Program-made: the position numbers and the translations under genes | In this document: piece by piece, positions 62,286-64,000 of the stretch | Numbering within the stretch: the first letter of the stretch is position 1 | How the letters are laid out: the number at the start of each line of letters is the position of its first letter | Notes under the pieces: generated by a model | The model's input: the letters and a program-made list of their open reading frames with translations, nothing else | What the model was told of the DNA's origin: nothing | Database searches by the model: none | Origin: Sphyrna mokarran | Lineage: Eukaryota | Length of the DNA: 64,000 nucleotides | Assembly: GCA_024679065.1 (NCBI GenBank) | Contig: JAGIQG010000027.1 | Location: 31,930,001-31,994,000 of the forward strand | Direction: 5' to 3'

Positions 62286-64000
62286 AAATCCTGTTCTGAC
62301 CGCAATGATTCCCATGATGATGGGACTGGAAAATTTACCCCATGTATCTTTTAAAATCTGCCTTTGTGTTCATTCTGTGACAGGGAGACAACAGCAGAAT
62401 CCAACAAAAGTCAGGTCTGCTCTTTCTAATTGAAGCTTCCAGAAAATCAGTGACAACATGTCTCCTATAGAGTGTAGACTCTGTAATTCTCATCTTCAAG
62501 AAGATAGATTGGTTCTGCAGAGGATGTAGTGCAGATTAATCCAAATGTGGGGGAGGTTAATTATGAAGACAGAGTTGCTTCAAGTTCAAAGGATTGAGAG
62601 ATGATTTGGTTAAGGCATTTTTGACTTGATGGCATGGATTAAAAAAAGGAAATCTTTCCTCTGTGGGTGGGGTTACCAACTCTTCAGGATTGGCCTGGGG
62701 TCTGCAGGAATTGGAGATCTATCTCCAGCTTGCTGTTCTGTGCCATCCTGGACAAAAATCATCGAGCCATTAAAAAATGCTAGGTTTACAAAACAATGTC
62801 TTTGAACATTTCTCTCTACCACATATAAAAATATTTAAAATAAGGGAAAGAAAGATGTTTGGCTGACAGTCAAGCATCATCCAATTAGGTAATGAGTTGT
62901 TTTGCTTTCTGGTTCAAGAGGTCACAAGGATAGATGTGTTGGCCAACTAATGGCTGGAGTGTGAAGCTGAGTCATGGAAGAAATCACAGCTCGCAACCCA
63001 TTGTATTGAACTTTGCACTCTTGGGCACAGAGTGCTGGCCGAGATGAGAAAACTGGCACGTAGCTTTCCAGTTGCACAGCTGAGTTTTCCCTTCAAATTC
63101 TTTGGCATTCTGTGCACAGAAGATCTGGAGATGTGCTTTTTGTTGTCACGCTGGCAAGATGGGGTCTAAGGGTGCTCCGAACGCTGTTAAAACAATATTC
63201 CCCACCCCCATCAATATGGAGACCTCCTTTCCTTCACAAGCTCTGGGGCAACTCCCCACCCTCACAAATAAGGGGAATCATTCCCATGAATAAAGGCAAC
63301 ACCTGTCATCCCCACAACAACAGAGCAATCCTACTCCCAAACATAAGGGGGTCCTTCACAATGGACCTCCCAAAAGGGCCTGCCCATATGCTGTCTTCAG
63401 GCTGCCAGGGTGGCATTGTCAGGGTACAGTATGGGGTCAGTACCAGACAACGTCCCTCTCCTCCAGGGGCAGTGCTTACTATTGTGCCTCTCTTGGGTTC
63501 CCTCTGACATGTGCCGGTTTTTCAATATCTGTTGTAAATCTCGCTGACACAATGTTACATCGGCAAGAGGGGTGCTCTTTATTGGGAAGTGCAGGGAGCA
63601 GAACATATGGCGGGGAAGTCTTTAAGTGTATTGTAATTTATTGAAATTAAATTATATCAGATTCCCAGAGGAATCTCATCCCCTCACTGGCGAGGGGCTG
63701 GGCAAATCTCAGAATGAGATTCTCCGTTCTCACAAGACTTTTCCGTCGTATTGCCGTTTCCACCGGCACTGCATAGCAGCAGAAAAATATCCACTTTGTG
63801 TGAGGGCACAGAATGGACACTGTTCATATCTGCTGGGGGTCAGTAAGAGCTTTTGAAACCACCATTGATAGATATCTGTTAGCTGGAAGTGCCAAGGAAC
63901 ATGAAATTTGATGGGTAAAAGGCATGGAGGTGCAATTAAGATGGTGAAATAGCTTCACTCACTTCGTCACTTATTCCAGCCCCAGAACTCAAAGCTTTGG

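Noticed and set aside
62384-62414. Possible 31-nt micro-exon (GACAG|GGAGAC...TCAG|GTCTGC)
   Set aside because: Weak donor and no recognisable similarity to ARHGAP27; cannot be supported without RNA data.
1-64000. CRISPR array, operon or prokaryotic defence system
   Set aside because: No regularly spaced repeats and no dense coding; the sequence is vertebrate intronic and intergenic DNA.

Overview
Eukaryotic, repeat-dense genomic DNA, almost certainly from a shark or other elasmobranch, because it carries dozens of HE1/V-SINE copies, CR1 LINE fragments and Deu-domain SINEs. Only one host protein-coding segment is recognisable: a 1031-nt exon (58993-60023, + strand) encoding an N-terminal SH3 domain plus a linker with a DSENVYE motif, best matching ARHGAP27. 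A CpG-richer promoter and probable non-coding first exon lie at about 6150-6665, so most of the window is probably a ~52-kb 5'UTR intron. The rest is a nested mix of SINEs (V-SINEs with two different tails, a third tRNA-derived SINE, DeuSINEs), LINE fragments (CR1, RTE, Rex1, L1-Tx1, Penelope), solo-LTR-like pieces and a short hairpin MITE-like family. Nearly all other ORFs in the track are repeat-derived or spurious. I found no convincing new multi-gene system. The most notable signals are Penelope-derived minimal hammerhead ribozyme motifs (one looks intact), V-SINE tail swapping, a stack of uORFs at the start codon, inverted repeats flanking the start-codon exon, and local templated duplications. 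Repeat boundaries were read by eye (roughly +/-10-30 nt) and family names come from recalled consensus sequences, not from database searches.
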